Shown: piece after piece, positions 26,420 to 39,160 of the stretch
How the letters are laid out: each line of letters starts with the position of its first letter
How positions within the stretch are numbered: position 1 is the first letter of the stretch
Assembly (NCBI GenBank): GCA_010909165.1
Contig: MU008190.1
Span: forward strand, 62,001-126,000
Length of the DNA: 64,000 bases
Direction: 5' to 3'
Source of the DNA: Anthoceros angustus
Lineage: Eukaryota > Plantae > Anthocerotophyta
Notes under the pieces: generated by a model
What the model saw: the letters and a program-made list of their open reading frames with translations, nothing else
The model's database searches: none
Told to the model about the DNA's origin: nothing
Translations under genes and position numbers: made by a program

Positions 26420-27933
26420 CATATCTCCCGCGGTGGGGAGGGGGTCCGTTCGAGCCATATCACCTTTGGGATGCCCTCTCAGTCCTCGTCCTCCCCTCCT
26501 CGGGAACCCGGGGCTCCTCGGCTACTCCAACGTTGATGCCTCGCTCCTCTTCCTCGCGGTCCGCCCCCAGCAGGTGGGTTAGTCCCCTACGTAGCACCCG
26601 CTCCTCTTCTCCCTCCCTCAGGAAGTTGTAGTGCCTGAGCACATGCATGATGAACGGGGACAACCCCGATGGGCTTCCTCCTCTCCTGCTCGATCCAAGC
26701 GAGGATAGTCCTCCCCTATGCTAGTCCGCCCGGTTGCCTCTGAGAAGGGCATGCAAGAATACTGGCAACAGGTTGTCACCAAGGTGATCCACCTTGGTGA
26801 GCATGTTCCAGTAGACGATCACCTTCGCCCCTGCCCTGACCCGTCGGTCCCTCAAGTCTGACATTAGCCATCCATTGAAGGACCACTGCGCCTCTGCTCT
26901 TAGGAGCACCACCTTAGCGGCCTCCAACTTTCCTTTCTCATGGAGCGGCTCCAGGACCACGCCTCCCACTTCCTCCGTTGGACGGCTATATACCTCCTTG
27001 ATGGCCTCCACTATCCAGCGCCTGGGGTCTTCCCGGAGACTCTTAGACCGCACTGTCTTGTTGGTGGCCGCCAACATCTTCCTGGCATATTCTTGGACCA
27101 ACAACACACTGTCGTAAGTCCAGATTGCCTGGAACACCTCCCACCGCCACTCCTGCACCAAGGCCCCAGCTTCCTCCAACCAAGGTCCGAAATCCAGGTA
27201 GCGCTTGGTGGTGATGTTGCGCTCCACCAGCGTCTAGGGCACAAGGGACTCTGTTACCGCCTTCTTTGGTGCCATGCCATCGTGCCTGCCGCCTTGCTTG
27301 CGAAGTAGCCCCTACACCATCGCGGCTCCCGTCGTTCTGAGTTCCAATGGGGAGAGGAGGAAGCGACGCGCTGAGAAGCTTTGTGTCTCTGAGAACGAAT
27401 CGTTAGATCGCTGGGAAAATATGCGCTAGAGAGCAGGAGCGCAAGCGAGCAAGAGAAGTGCCAAGACACGAAGGCTGGGGGTCTCTTCCTCCTTCTAACT
27501 GCGATGCGGCGAGCATAATCGTCGCGTGGGAATGTGTCCTTTCGCGGCCAGTAATTGCCGCACCCCCTGCGTCTCGTACTGCACCCTCACGCCCATTGCC
27601 GTCTAGTACCTATCCCCGGGTCGTGAATGGCCCCCGCAACTGCCTATAATGGCTTCTGGCAAGTTTGTGGCCCTAGCCGTGGCACCGTCCACATGTCAAC
27701 CTTCCATAATCACGACCCACTCTTTCACACTTGCCTTTCTAGTCTCCACCAGACCGCCTTCGGACGTCCTGCGGTCCCCTTTTATAGCGGAGTTGTCATC
27801 GCGCCAGCGTAGCTCGCCAATTAGGCCTTACTATCCACGCTTAGCCATTATTTTAATACAAATCCTCACAGAAAAATAGAAACCCCTACGAAGTGGATAG
27901 AAGGGAGGTCAAAGAATTCGTCCCTTGTCCACA
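26420..27933 (-). mobile_element. Fragment of an LTR-like element with a disrupted uncharacterised ORF (start MAPKK at 27275)
   Basis: ORF 26721-27227 is homologous at protein level to the + strand ORF at 58.8-62.5 kb (WNMLTKVDHLGDNLL). The element ends in ...TTGTCCACA at 27933, the same terminus as TGTGGACAA at 58067. Confidence 0.7.
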
Positions 27934-28767
27934 TAAGCGGATTTGGTGAATTTCAGCATGTTTTGCTCGGAGAGAAGAGAGGAGGAGACTACCGCTCATG
28001 GATTTTGTGTAGAGTGACGAAGTTATATTCTTATCAATGAGCATTTTTGCAATTTAGGAAGATATGGAGAACAATGTCTCTCCGGAAAGGGGTATGTCTC
28101 TAAACCCCTTCTTGGTTTCAACAAACATATCAAATTTGGCCAATTAAAGCGAATTAAGAGAGCTAGACCCATACACTTGCCAACGGATACAAATTTTGTA
28201 TCTTTTAAAGAAGATACGCCTAATGTATAGTGCACTTATGCTCCAAAGAGCTGGAGTGTATCGGACGTCCGGTGCACTTATACTCCAAAGGGCTGCAGTG
28301 CACCAGGTTTGGCGAGGATTGCGTCGATACTCATGCAGGCAAACACTTTCGCTCTAATTGCTTATGCGCACTTGCTACCACACTGGCACTCACATCAATG
28401 CTCAAACCCCGGCATCCACAGCAATCCGAGACGGCAGGCATACTCTGTCTCCTCCATGCCGGAGACTAGCCATACTTAGAGTTGTAGCTCTAGGCCCCGC
28501 GGGCGAGAATCGGGCATGGTAAAGATTCGGGGCTTATATTTCTCCTTGTCAAGTCCGTACCGCTTTCAACCTTAGTCTCACCCACGGATGGCACATGGTG
28601 CAAGTTAGATCTTAAATTCAAAATCTCTTGGCGATGCTTGGCTATAGTTCGTCTCTGATGACCTTATATCATATAGAAATAATTCATATACAAATGCACG
28701 GACGTCCAGTGCATCCACTCTACCACTTCGATCACGCTGGATGCCCGTCAAGATCATGGAATCAGAG

Positions 28768-28900
28768 CGGACGTCCGGCGTGAAGCTTCAGACACTCGCG
28801 CCAATGCCGGACGTCCGGCGTGAAGCTTCAGACACTCGCGCCAATGCACCGGACGTCCGGCGTAGGCTTCTGTACACTCGCGCCAATGTGCCGGACATCC
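28768..28900. repeat. 40-42 bp tandem repeat, about 3.3 copies
   Basis: cggacgtccggcgtgaagcttcagacactcgcgccaatg units start at 28768, 28808, 28850 and 28892. Confidence 0.9.
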
Positions 28901-31437
28901 AACGCATTGCCCCAATTCCTTTCTCTGTTTTACACTCTAACAATGGAGTTCCTTGGGCTGTGTACTCACACTGCCCAAGACGTCCAACGCTATTTTTAAC
29001 GGTCATAGTTTGTCCCTCTCGAGATGCCCTGATCATGGTGTTGGTTGAGGTCCTCTCACAATTGCGCCAAACGTCCGGTGGAGTTGCTTCTTTTGTGTTG
29101 TTGGTTGTGCTAGACATCCGGCATAATTTGGCTTGCTGGTCTAGTTTGGTTTTGGCTTGCCTGGATTCATCTTGCTAGGAAGAACTATCACCTACGAAAG
29201 AGGTATCTAGGATTCCTAGCACCTGTCATAAATCCTTGAAATCTCTTCCGCGAACCCTCTTCGGCTCAGACCCTGTCAATGTAAGTGTTCGTGAGAAAAT
29301 AAAATGGTCAATGTCTTTCTGTGCATGTCTAAAGAGTGGTTTTTCTAGAGATGATACGTTTTGGCTCGCTTCGAGGGGTCATTTTTCGGTCTCTAGGGAC
29401 CCAAACCCCTTTAGTGGAGAATAACCCCTTTCCGGAGAGACATTGTTGGAGATCAACCAAGAGCTGTCGGACAAGATATCTTCCCTGCAACAGTTTATTA
29501 GTCTTGAGCACTTGGATATACCTCCCAGCTGAAAGTGGGAGTGGGACAGGCCCCTTCTTCGTACACAAGGATGAAAGGATCCCTTGCTGCACATCGTCAA
29601 CCGTCAATGCCTGGCTTACTATATGCCGACAGAAAACGTCTTGCATAAGGCAGCTTAGGGCTTCAGGCGTTAGAGCTGCTATAGAGGACATGCCTTGGAG
29701 AGGATACTTGCAATTGGATTCTCCTTGGGAAAAGCAAATGAATTCAGCTGCATTGGGAGTATGCACACCATAGTGCTCCACTTGCCTCAGACTCACCTTG
29801 CTCACCCCTTCCGGCAAGTTCGGCAACTAGAGGGTATGCATTCTACTTTACTCTTTGTCCAACATGAATTGGAGAGAATAGGCCCTCCGGTATCCGCATT
29901 GGCTAGACGACCGCGCTGCTTGGGCCTTGACAGCATCTACCTCTAGCCTCTCTCCTACTGGTCACCTCCATTCTTGTGCTCCTAGATCTCCTTATCTTTA
30001 TGTAACCCAGTTCCTACCCCGCCCTAAGCCCAAAAGCCAATACTTTTCAATTCACTTTAGTCCAGCGTATATCTCTCAATCCCATACATTTTTTGTCCAA
30101 AACCAAGGCCTCTAGCTTAGCGGTGAAATGTGCGACCAAGCTCAATGGGCAGAGAAACCAGGAAAGAAGCCCCGCCAGCAAATCCAAACTGCCAGGCCTT
30201 GATAGCGTCGCCGAAATTTTGAAGTGTGTGTCCTAGAGTGCGAATAATAATCTTCGAACAAGCCGTAAAATTTTAGAGTTTCCGTTCATCCTAAACTTGG
30301 GAAAGGTTTCACGTGGCAAATGAGTAGGCAAACTGCAGTTTGTGAACCGAACTGTTGTATGTAGGGCGAACCACTAGACCGGTGGGGCCCTTACTAAACT
30401 CAAGCACGTTCATGACCATCGTTCGTCACTTAAGGGCACAAATACACTTGCAAAAAATACCTAGGTTCTGAAAGACATATGTTGAACGTTAGCTTTGTTC
30501 AAAAGTACTATAGCTTCAAGGATATATCCTTACAAATATTAAGCAGGTTCATGAGCATAGTTTGTCATACAGGGATACTAATAATGCACGTGTGAATTGG
30601 GGTGTAGTTAACTAGTTTTGCAATTCTCTACCCAATTTTTAGAAGTTGTAGGTGTTAGTTGGTTGAGATTAGATTTGAATTTATTTTTGACTATTTATGA
30701 CCAGGAAGATTACCTTGCTCAAATGATCTTGAACTCCTCCACAAATCTTAGGCGCACTCCTTGCAAACTTTTATGATAAGATGTTTAAAAGACATAGAAT
30801 GTTAAGACTTGGATTTAAAAATATGTAAGAATAATGAGACCATAATAATGTCATGTAAATAAGTTCATAAAAGGAACAAACATATCCACACTTTTGTGGC
30901 CAGAACCCTATGTATATGTACCTTATGTTCCTGTTTGGGGGAAACAACCTGTGAAAAGATTCTCATATTTGCATTGCTTTACTGTTTTGTTTAATCTAAG
31001 TTTGGAATTATTCCTAAAAATTATCTTACCTCACCCTAGAAATGTGGAGAAAATTCGCTGACGCGACGGACACATATCCGTTGCCTGATTCGATTTACCA
31101 CACCTATTGCCCCATAAGGCTTCCGACGAATCGACTTCTGCGAATCCGAACCGAGGTGGACAATAACCGGCAACCGGGAAGACCGGTTTGCAGATTTTTG
31201 CAGTACAAATACGTGAGTATCAAAGGATCAGGCGTGCCCCTGCTTTGCTTTCCTGGGGAACGTCGAACAAAGAAAGAAAGAATGAAGAACTCCATTTAAG
31301 CCCACAGTACAGCTTGACCGAGGAACAGCACTTGGAAATCGAGCTCCTCTTGGGAAATCGCGGCTGCAGCATTATACGTTAGCTGGGCAGTCGAAGTTAG
31401 GATTCTGACGCCGGTGGACTCGGTTTCGGCAACACCA

Positions 31438-33109
31438 ATGGATTCCAGCGAAGCGCAGAATGCGGAAGAGGCTAAGGTAGAACTTGGATCTGCTCTCTTT
31501 TGAGGTGGCTTGTTTCATGTTCTTGACGGCAAATGGCACAATGCTGGCCGGGCTGTGATAAAATCTGAGGGTAACTCCGTCCTGAAAGTTTCATTATGAC
31601 TCTCTTCCCTGGTTTTCTGGCTGACCACCGTGCTTCCCATCAGGCGAAATTGGCAGCAGTGGCAGCAGCCGTCGGTCGGGATGTCACAGTGTTTGTGAGG
31701 CAAGCTGCTGTCCCCAGCACCGAATCTGCCGGCCCTCGAACATCTGAGACAGGTGGGATTTTTGTGTCTTCCTCTGTGCTCCCCCTTTTATCTGTGGGTC
31801 TTAGCTTGACTATTATCGCCCATTTTCTAGGGTTGCAACGGTTTCAAAATTTCATGAAAGAAATGGAAGAGAGCCTGAACTCCTTGATAAAGAAAAATAA
31901 AGCAACAGGACCCGGGGGGGTTAATGTTTCCAGCTCCAGGCGTCAAGGCAGGAAGATCTCCTAGCTTGCCGTCAATGACTTTGTTGCCCTCTCGTGCTAA
32001 ACCCTATGGTCGAGGGGTTAGGCTCAGAGGCGGGAGGGCTCGCACTTCTGCCTGCAGTACCAACATGTGGCAGTCTTCCTAATACTTGCTTGTACTTGTG
32101 GTCAGACGATCTCCCTGACTCCTTCTACGACCTGACCCCAGGTGACCTTGCACGTCTCCAGGCCGATAAGAAGGAAGGTATGTTTTGCCGAGGGTGGATT
32201 GAATGTAAAGTGGAGTTCATGGCGTTCTGTCCTTGATGCGTTGCGACTTCTGCAGAAGTCTGAGAAGAATGGTGATCATTTGAACAGACATTTTTGAAGA
32301 CAAAGAAGCATAGGGATGCAGAAGCTGCTGCTCGGCAAGCTCGGATCACCCAGGTAGGTGGTGTGCTTGAGTCCTCTCGTTTCTTACTGATGCTTAGTAC
32401 TAGCAATTTGTTTCGTTCATGATCTGATGGTAGTTTGAGGTTATGTGCAGGCTGTGATTAAAATCCAATTTCCAGACAGTCTCATTGTGCAAGCAGAGTT
32501 CAAAGCATCTGATAAAGTGATTGTACTTATGGACTTCCTGCGCAAAGTGATTGCTCGGCCTCAACTGCCCTTTTTCATATGTAAGGGTCACTCGGACTCT
32601 TTGCTTCAATTTGTTGTCTTAGGACCCCAGTTTAAGGACTGGTTTACTAACAAGGTGCTTTTCCTGTATTGCCCCTCAGATACAACACCACCCAAGGTGC
32701 GAGTAAAAGATCTCCAACAGACATTGTATGCAGCGGGACTAGCCCCAGGTGCTCTGGTTTACTTCTCTCACGAAACTCCCAAAGGTATATCCGGGCTCAT
32801 GTGTTGGTGTGGTATGCGAGCAATAGATACCGTAGGTACCCTTAACTTACATCCAATGGTTCCCATCACAAATCTTTAGGTGCTGTAAGTGCGGATGACG
32901 AAGCTGCAGAAAGGGGCCCGTTTGTGAAGCCAGAGATTGCCGAGCTGCGGGATCTTCACCGGTTGATAACCAAGGACACGGAACCCACCCCGAGTGCCTC
33001 AGGACTTGAAGACAGGCCAGCACACGAATCCGAACCAGTTGCTCGGACAGAGCCGACTTCTATCGCGTCGAAAGGCAAACTGCCCAAGTGGTTCCGAGGA
33101 ACCAAGTAG
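31438..33109 (+). CDS. PUX1: Plant UBX-domain protein 1-like (TUG/ASPL homologue, CDC48 regulator)
   Basis: Spliced translation AKLAAVAAAVGRDVTVF...DSFYDLTPGDL...AVIKIQFPDSLIVQAEFKASDKV...LMDFLRKVIARPQLPFFI|YTTPPK...LYAAGLAPGALVYF...KLPKWF. Introns are GT-AG. Confidence 0.85.
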
Positions 33110-33125
33110 GTGGATGAACTTCATT

Positions 33126-34247
33126 TCAACATGATATGCTTGCCGTCATTTTGGACTCCAATTGTCGCACCTTCAACTGTCCAGATGAGCTTGGTGTCAA
33201 GCCCCAAATGGAGTGCAATAAAGGACGCAACTTGATGATGGGCAGAGGTCCACCGGCTCATACTCACCTGGTATGGTCTGGATCGCCTGAGAGACGCATC
33301 TAGCCGAGAAGCAACCTCGTACGCAGCCAGAGCATCTTCATAGTTGCTCAAGGCAGCAAACGCTTCAGCCTGCCGAAGAAGAGCCTGCAACACACCAAGG
33401 TCAGAGGGAGGCAGGTCTGGACTCCGGAGCTAACTAGCAAGGTCCAGAGGGTTCCATTTCTTACCCCAGCCCACCGAGGTGCGATTCTTGCTGCCTCCTG
33501 TGCATCCTCCAGAGCGGCAACAGCATCCCCTCTAGCCAGGCGTGCAGCAGACCTGCCACAAGAACAATATAATTTTGTCATCTCCCGGACGCAGGTGAAC
33601 CAGCAAAGTTGACGGAGCAAAAGAATGGCGCAAGGAAGCACCTGTTGGCGTAGATAAAGTGGAGCCCGCCTGATGGCCTCATCTCGATTGCCTGAACAGC
33701 GACAGCAAGCGGGGTGAGCCGAGCCGAGCCGAGCCGGCAAGCAAGCTGCGGACATGAACAGGGAAACATCCACCAGGCCCACCTGCGAGTAGAGCTTCTC
33801 CGCCTGCGGAACATCGCCATGCTCGAAGGCCTCGTTCCCCTGCTCCTTGATCGCCAGCGCGGCCAGGTTGTTCTCCGGGTCCGCAGCCCCGCACTGCACC
33901 GCCAGCAGCCGCGCCGCGTGCGCCGCGGTGCTGCAGTGGCTCACCATCAGCTCCGCGGGCAGCACCACCAGGTTGGGGCCATTTCCACATTTCCCCAAAC
34001 ATCCACACGACTCCACGGCCACTCCAGGCGGCGCCAGGCTCCTCATCACGTCCAGCGTCTGCAGACTCCCGCTCTTCCGGCACGCCCGGTTCACGCAAAC
34101 TCGCACCTCCACCTCCTGCTGTCCCGCCCGCGCTGCTGCCAATTGCCATTTCCTGTAACGGCCACGCGCGGGCCTGCCTCGGCCGAAATCAGGCCGGTCC
34201 AGCAACGGCCCGGACGGAGCAGCAGCCCACATCGCCTCCAGCCCCAT
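33126..34247 (-). CDS. Thioredoxin-like [2Fe-2S] ferredoxin domain plus TPR repeat protein (probably plastid-targeted)
   Basis: VRVCVNRAC...CGCLGKCGNGPN (four-Cys 2Fe-2S pattern), followed by the TPR helices IKEQGNEAF, IYANR|SAARL and ALLRQAEAF. The last exon is inferred as LKVRQLESKMTASISC*. Confidence 0.85.
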
Positions 34248-35168
34248 GCTTTTGCCGAATGTGTGACAGCCTCCGGTTCCGCAGAGACAGCCTGAACGCT
34301 GATGCGATGCTGATGCTGCTACTCCCAGCGGGTGGGACGTTGGACCCGCCGCAGCTCCCCGTCCACGTCGCCCTGGTGGTGAACATCGTCACCGGGTGCT
34401 GTTGGTGTCTTCTGAAGCCACATCTCCAGGCTGCCCAGGTTGCTTCGAGGATGCCGCTCAATGCAGCTTCCAATTCGTTGAAGCTGCGCTGGCTGCTGGC
34501 GCATCCCGTGGCTGAAAGATCACTCGCCGCACTCCCTTGCTCACATTAGCCACCCACCTGCCCGCTGTTCCAGTTTTTCACTCCACAACGGTTACTTCCC
34601 AACTTTCCATGGATTTAGTGTTAGCTACTGGGCTTTAAGCAAGGAAAATAATGTACTACCTAATAAGTTAAATAACACAATTTAGTTTACTTTTTCACAT
34701 CAAATCTATTTTATATTTTATAACAATAAAAATATTTTGTTATAACCATACACATGCACTCCAATATCACCATGTCTTTTTGCTAGCGGTTCCTTTGCCT
34801 CTATATATGAAATATAGAGTCATTCCCTCTAAAACTCAATATTACAATACATACACCTATTATACCTATTCTACAAAGAAACGAAAGCAGAATTACGCCA
34901 CCTATTTTACCTATTTTACAAAAGCGGAGATAGTGTGCACCACATATATTATACTTATTCTACAAAGACTCATAGATAGTTATCAAGAGTAGACGTTATT
35001 AATAAGCAAGATAGGAAATCCCATCTACCCCTGAAGTCCGAGGAGGAACAACCAAAAAGGGCTAATTGTGAAAGGGGAAGTCCTAGTCCCCTCGAATGCC
35101 TTTCCCGTAACTACCTACTGCACTAATGATATCGTGATCAGGGACGATGAAGGGCCTACCTACTATCG

Positions 35169-36661
35169 ATTGCCTGAACAGCGACAGCAAGCGGGTGAGC
35201 CGAGCCGAGCCGAGCCGGCAAGCAAGCTGCGGACATGAACAGGGAAACATCCACCAGGCCCACCTGCGAGTAGAGCTTCTCCGCCTGCGGAACATCGCCA
35301 TGCTCGAAGGCCTCGTTCCCCTGCTCCTTGATCGCCAGCGCGGCCAGGTTGTTCTCCGGGTCCGCAGCCCCGCACTGCACCGCCAGCAGCCGCGCCGCGC
35401 CGCCGCGGTGCTGCAGTGGCTCACCATCAGCTCCGCGGGCAGCACCACCAGGTTGGGGCCATTTCCACATTTCCCCAAACATCCACACGACTCCACGGCC
35501 ACTCCAGGCGGCGCCAGGCTCCTCATCACGTCCAGCGTCTGCAGACTCCCGCTCTTCCGGCACGCCCGGTTCACGCAAACTCGCACCTCCACCTCCTGCT
35601 GTCCCGCCCGCGCTGCTGCCAATTGCCATTTCCTGTAACGGCCACGCGCGGGCCTGCCTCGGCCGAAATCAGGCCGGTCCAGCAACGGCCCGGACGGAGC
35701 AGCAGCCCACATCGCCTCCAGCCCCATGCTTTTTGCCGAATGTGTGTGACAGCCTCCGGTTCCGCAGAGACAGCCTAGACGCTGATGCGATGCTGATGCT
35801 GCTACTCCCAGCGGGTGGGACGTTGGACCCGCCGCAGCTCCCCGTCCACGTCGCCCTGGTGGTGAACATCGTCACCGGGTGCTGTTGGTGTCTTCTGAAG
35901 CCACATCTCCAGGCTGCCCAGGTTGCTTCGAGGATGCCGCTCAATGCAGCTTCCAATTCGTTGAAGCTGCGCTGGCTGCTGGCGCATCCCCGTGGCTGAA
36001 AGATCACTCGCCGCACTCCCTTGCTCACATTAGCCACCCACCTGCCCGCTGTTCCAGTTTTTCACTCCACAACGGTTACTTCCCAACTTTCCATGGATTT
36101 AGTGTTAGCTACTGGGCTTTAAGCAAGGAAAATAATGTACTACCTAATAAGTTAAATAACACAATTTAGTTTACTTTTTCACATCAAATCTATTTTATAT
36201 TTTATAACAATAAAAATATTTTGTTATAACCATACACATGCACTCCAATATCACCATGTCTTTTTGCTAGCACGAGGTTCCTTTGCCTCTATATATGAAA
36301 TATAGAGTCATTCCCTCTAAAACTCCAATATTACAATACGCCACACCTATTATACCTATTCTACAAAGAAACAGAAACAGGGTACGCCACACATATTATA
36401 CCTATTTTACAAAGAAACAGAGATAGTGTGCACCACATATATTATACTTATTCTACAAAGACTCATAGATAGTTATCAAGAGTAGACGTTATTAATAAGC
36501 AAGATAGGAAATCCCATCTACCCCTGAAGTCCGAGGAGGAACAACCAAAAAGGGCTAATTGTGAAAGGGGAAGTCCTAGTCCCCTCGAATGCCTTTCCCG
36601 TAACTACCTACTGCACTAATGATATCGTGATCAGGGACGATGAAGGGCCTACCTACTATCG
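35169..36661 (-). pseudogene. Tandem duplicate of about 33686-35168 containing a 3'-truncated copy of the ferredoxin/TPR gene and its upstream region
   Basis: Near-identical 1.48-kb repeat differing mainly by small indels. Junction ...cctactatcg|attgcctgaac. The duplicated CDS is frameshifted and lacks the later TPR exons. Confidence 0.9.
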
Positions 36662-37079
36662 GTGCCAAAGAAGCCGCTAGTCCTACGCACGTAGCCATCC
36701 TAGAAAGAGCTTTAGCCAGCGCTTTCTGCAGAGCTATGGAAATCCACTCCTAGAGGACAAGGCGGTACCCCGAGGGCCTATGAGGATCAAGCATATATGA
36801 GGAGTAGTATCTCGAGTTATTAAAGCACGAAAGAAAGCTCGGAGGAACACTTTGTAATCCTCTATCCCCTATGTAAAATAAAATCATCGAGGAACTCTTG
36901 GAATAACACGATAAAGTTGCAAGGGGGTTAATATACAAACCCCCTTAGAAGAGGGGTGAACCCTCTTGTCCGATTGCGCACCGGCCGAATATCCCCTATT
37001 TCAGGAGGGACATAACGAACATGACCATAGAGCGTGCGCATCTTTGTCGTGTTACCGTGTATAGCGGTGTGGAAGGATT

Positions 37080-38300
37080 TTAGGTGCTTGGTAGGCGGCG
37101 CATTCTCGATTTTATGTGACTAGACGGTGAAAGCGCACTATGGCACAAAACCGTTGTCCAATAGGGTAAAAGCATGCGGGCATAGTAGCGAGCAGTTCTG
37201 TTACTTGTGCTCACTTGAAAACAACAAACTACTCTCCGAGCGAAGAGGAAAGCGGCTCTGTCGACAAGATCTAACACTACAGCAACGTTACGCAAAGTAT
37301 TCCTAGTATCCTCGTCGAACGTATCTATTTCCTCCAGAGCAAGAGAATCTCCCGTGACGTCGTTTACCTGGTCGTCGGTCGCCTCAATATGTCCCCACGC
37401 CGCATCCAAAGTCGTCTGCCCCTCTTCCAAAGTGTTATCGTCGCTCATTCTCTTCCTTCTCGACCGTAAAGACACAATCTGGGCTTTCATGCAGTCAGTG
37501 TCACTAATGCACACTTCCTTGGCCCAGGCGAGAGGGTCCTCGTCCATGCGGATCAAATGTAAGCTCTTCCTCGCATTTGGTAACACTTCAAACCCATGAA
37601 TGCGCTGGGAATATAACCCGCGCATCTCATGTCCGCTTCGATGGCAACGCAGTTTCGACCACTCAATAATGCAGCCAGGATAGTTGTGCCACTCCCGGAA
37701 CATGCATCAACCACCCACTCTCCTTCTTTGGAAAATGCCTCCACAAACGTCCGCATAAGGCCCAGTGGCCGTTGGTAGGACACCACACGTTTGTCGTGAG
37801 ATAAGTATACATGCTTCTTCACAACCGTGTCGTGAGTAATGACGGATCTCCCATTATTGAATCTCCCTCGCTGATTTCCAGGGAGCATGTTGGCCTTGTC
37901 TCTTGAACATTCTTCCTTCACACACCAGCCCACAGTGACGTACTCCAATGTTTCACAGCCCACCCCCTCGGCGTGCATGTTCGTCTTGTCCCAAACGAAG
38001 GACACCATCCCACCTTTTCGGCACCACTTTCTCATACATTCTCTGACAGTGTGGGAGTCCTCCACTCCATGCATCACAATAAAGCGGAATTCCTCTGCGT
38101 TGTCTTCTCCGCAAAACTCTCGAACAACATGACATCATACTCCGTTAATTCTTGTATCCATTGGGCCTATATTGAAGCCCCTCGGCATCCATCACGAAAG
38201 TCTTGGCGTGCGTAAATAGCCACGCATGTCCAGCTGGTCTCAATCGTCTTGAACTTGAGAGTCGATTGGGACGTTGAAAACAAATAGCCTCTTCCATAGT
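37080..38300 (-). pseudogene. Beta-class (N4-C/N6-A) DNA methyltransferase domain, copy A, with C-terminal extension; frameshifted
   Basis: FVWDKTN, then YQRPLGLMRTFVEAFSKEGEWVVDACSGSGTTILAALLSGRNCVAIEAD (SAM-binding motif I at 37682-37714), which parallels the N6_N4_Mtase consensus QKPxxL...GDxVLDPFxGSGTT...GRxxIGIE. Confidence 0.85.
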
Positions 38301-39160
38301 GTTATCGCTCATTCTCTTCCTTCGATCAGAAAGACACAATCAGGCTTTCATGCGATCGTGTCACTAATGCACACTTCCTTGGCCCAGGCGAGGGTCCTCG
38401 CCCATGCGGATCAAATGTAAGCTCTTCCTCGCATTTGGTAACACTTCAAACCCATGAATCTGCGGGGAATATAACCCGCGCATCTCATGTCCGCTTCGAT
38501 GGCAACGCAGTTTCGACCACTCAGTAATGCAGCCAGGATGGTTGTGCCACTGCCGGAACATGCATCAACCACCCACTCTCCTTCTTTGGAAAATGCCTCC
38601 ACAAACGTCTTCATAAGGCCCAATGGCCGTTGGTAGGGGCACACCACACGTTTGTCATGAGATAAGTATACCTGCTTCTTCACAACCGTGTCGTGACTAA
38701 TGACAGAGCTCCCGTTATTGAATCGCCCTCGCTGAGTTCCCGGGAGCATGCTGGCCTTGTCCCTCGGACATTCTTCCTTCACACACCCCTCGTGGCCTCC
38801 AATGTTTCACAACCCCTCGGCGTGCATGTTCGTCTTGTCCCAAACGAAGGACACCATCCCACCTTTTCGGCACTTTCTCATACATTCTCGGCGGTGTGGG
38901 AGTCCTCCACTCCATGCATCACAATAAAGCGGAATTCTCGCGTTGTCTTCTCCGCAAAACTCTCGAACAACATGACATCATACTCCGTTAATTCTTGTAT
39001 CCATTGGGCCTATATTGAAGCCCCTCGGCATCCATCACGAAGGGAGTCTTGGCGTGCGTAAATAGCCACGCATGTCCAGCTCTACTGGTCTCAATCGATC
39101 GAACTTGAGAGTCGATCACTGGACGTTGAAAACAAATAGCCGTCTTCCATATCTTTGTCC
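38300..39160 (-). pseudogene. Beta-class DNA methyltransferase domain, copy B (diverged tandem copy)
   Basis: Same motifs (PYQRPLGLMKTFVEAFSKEGEWVVDACSGSGTT, motif I at 38541-38573). About 10% diverged from copy A in the stretch compared by eye. Confidence 0.85.
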
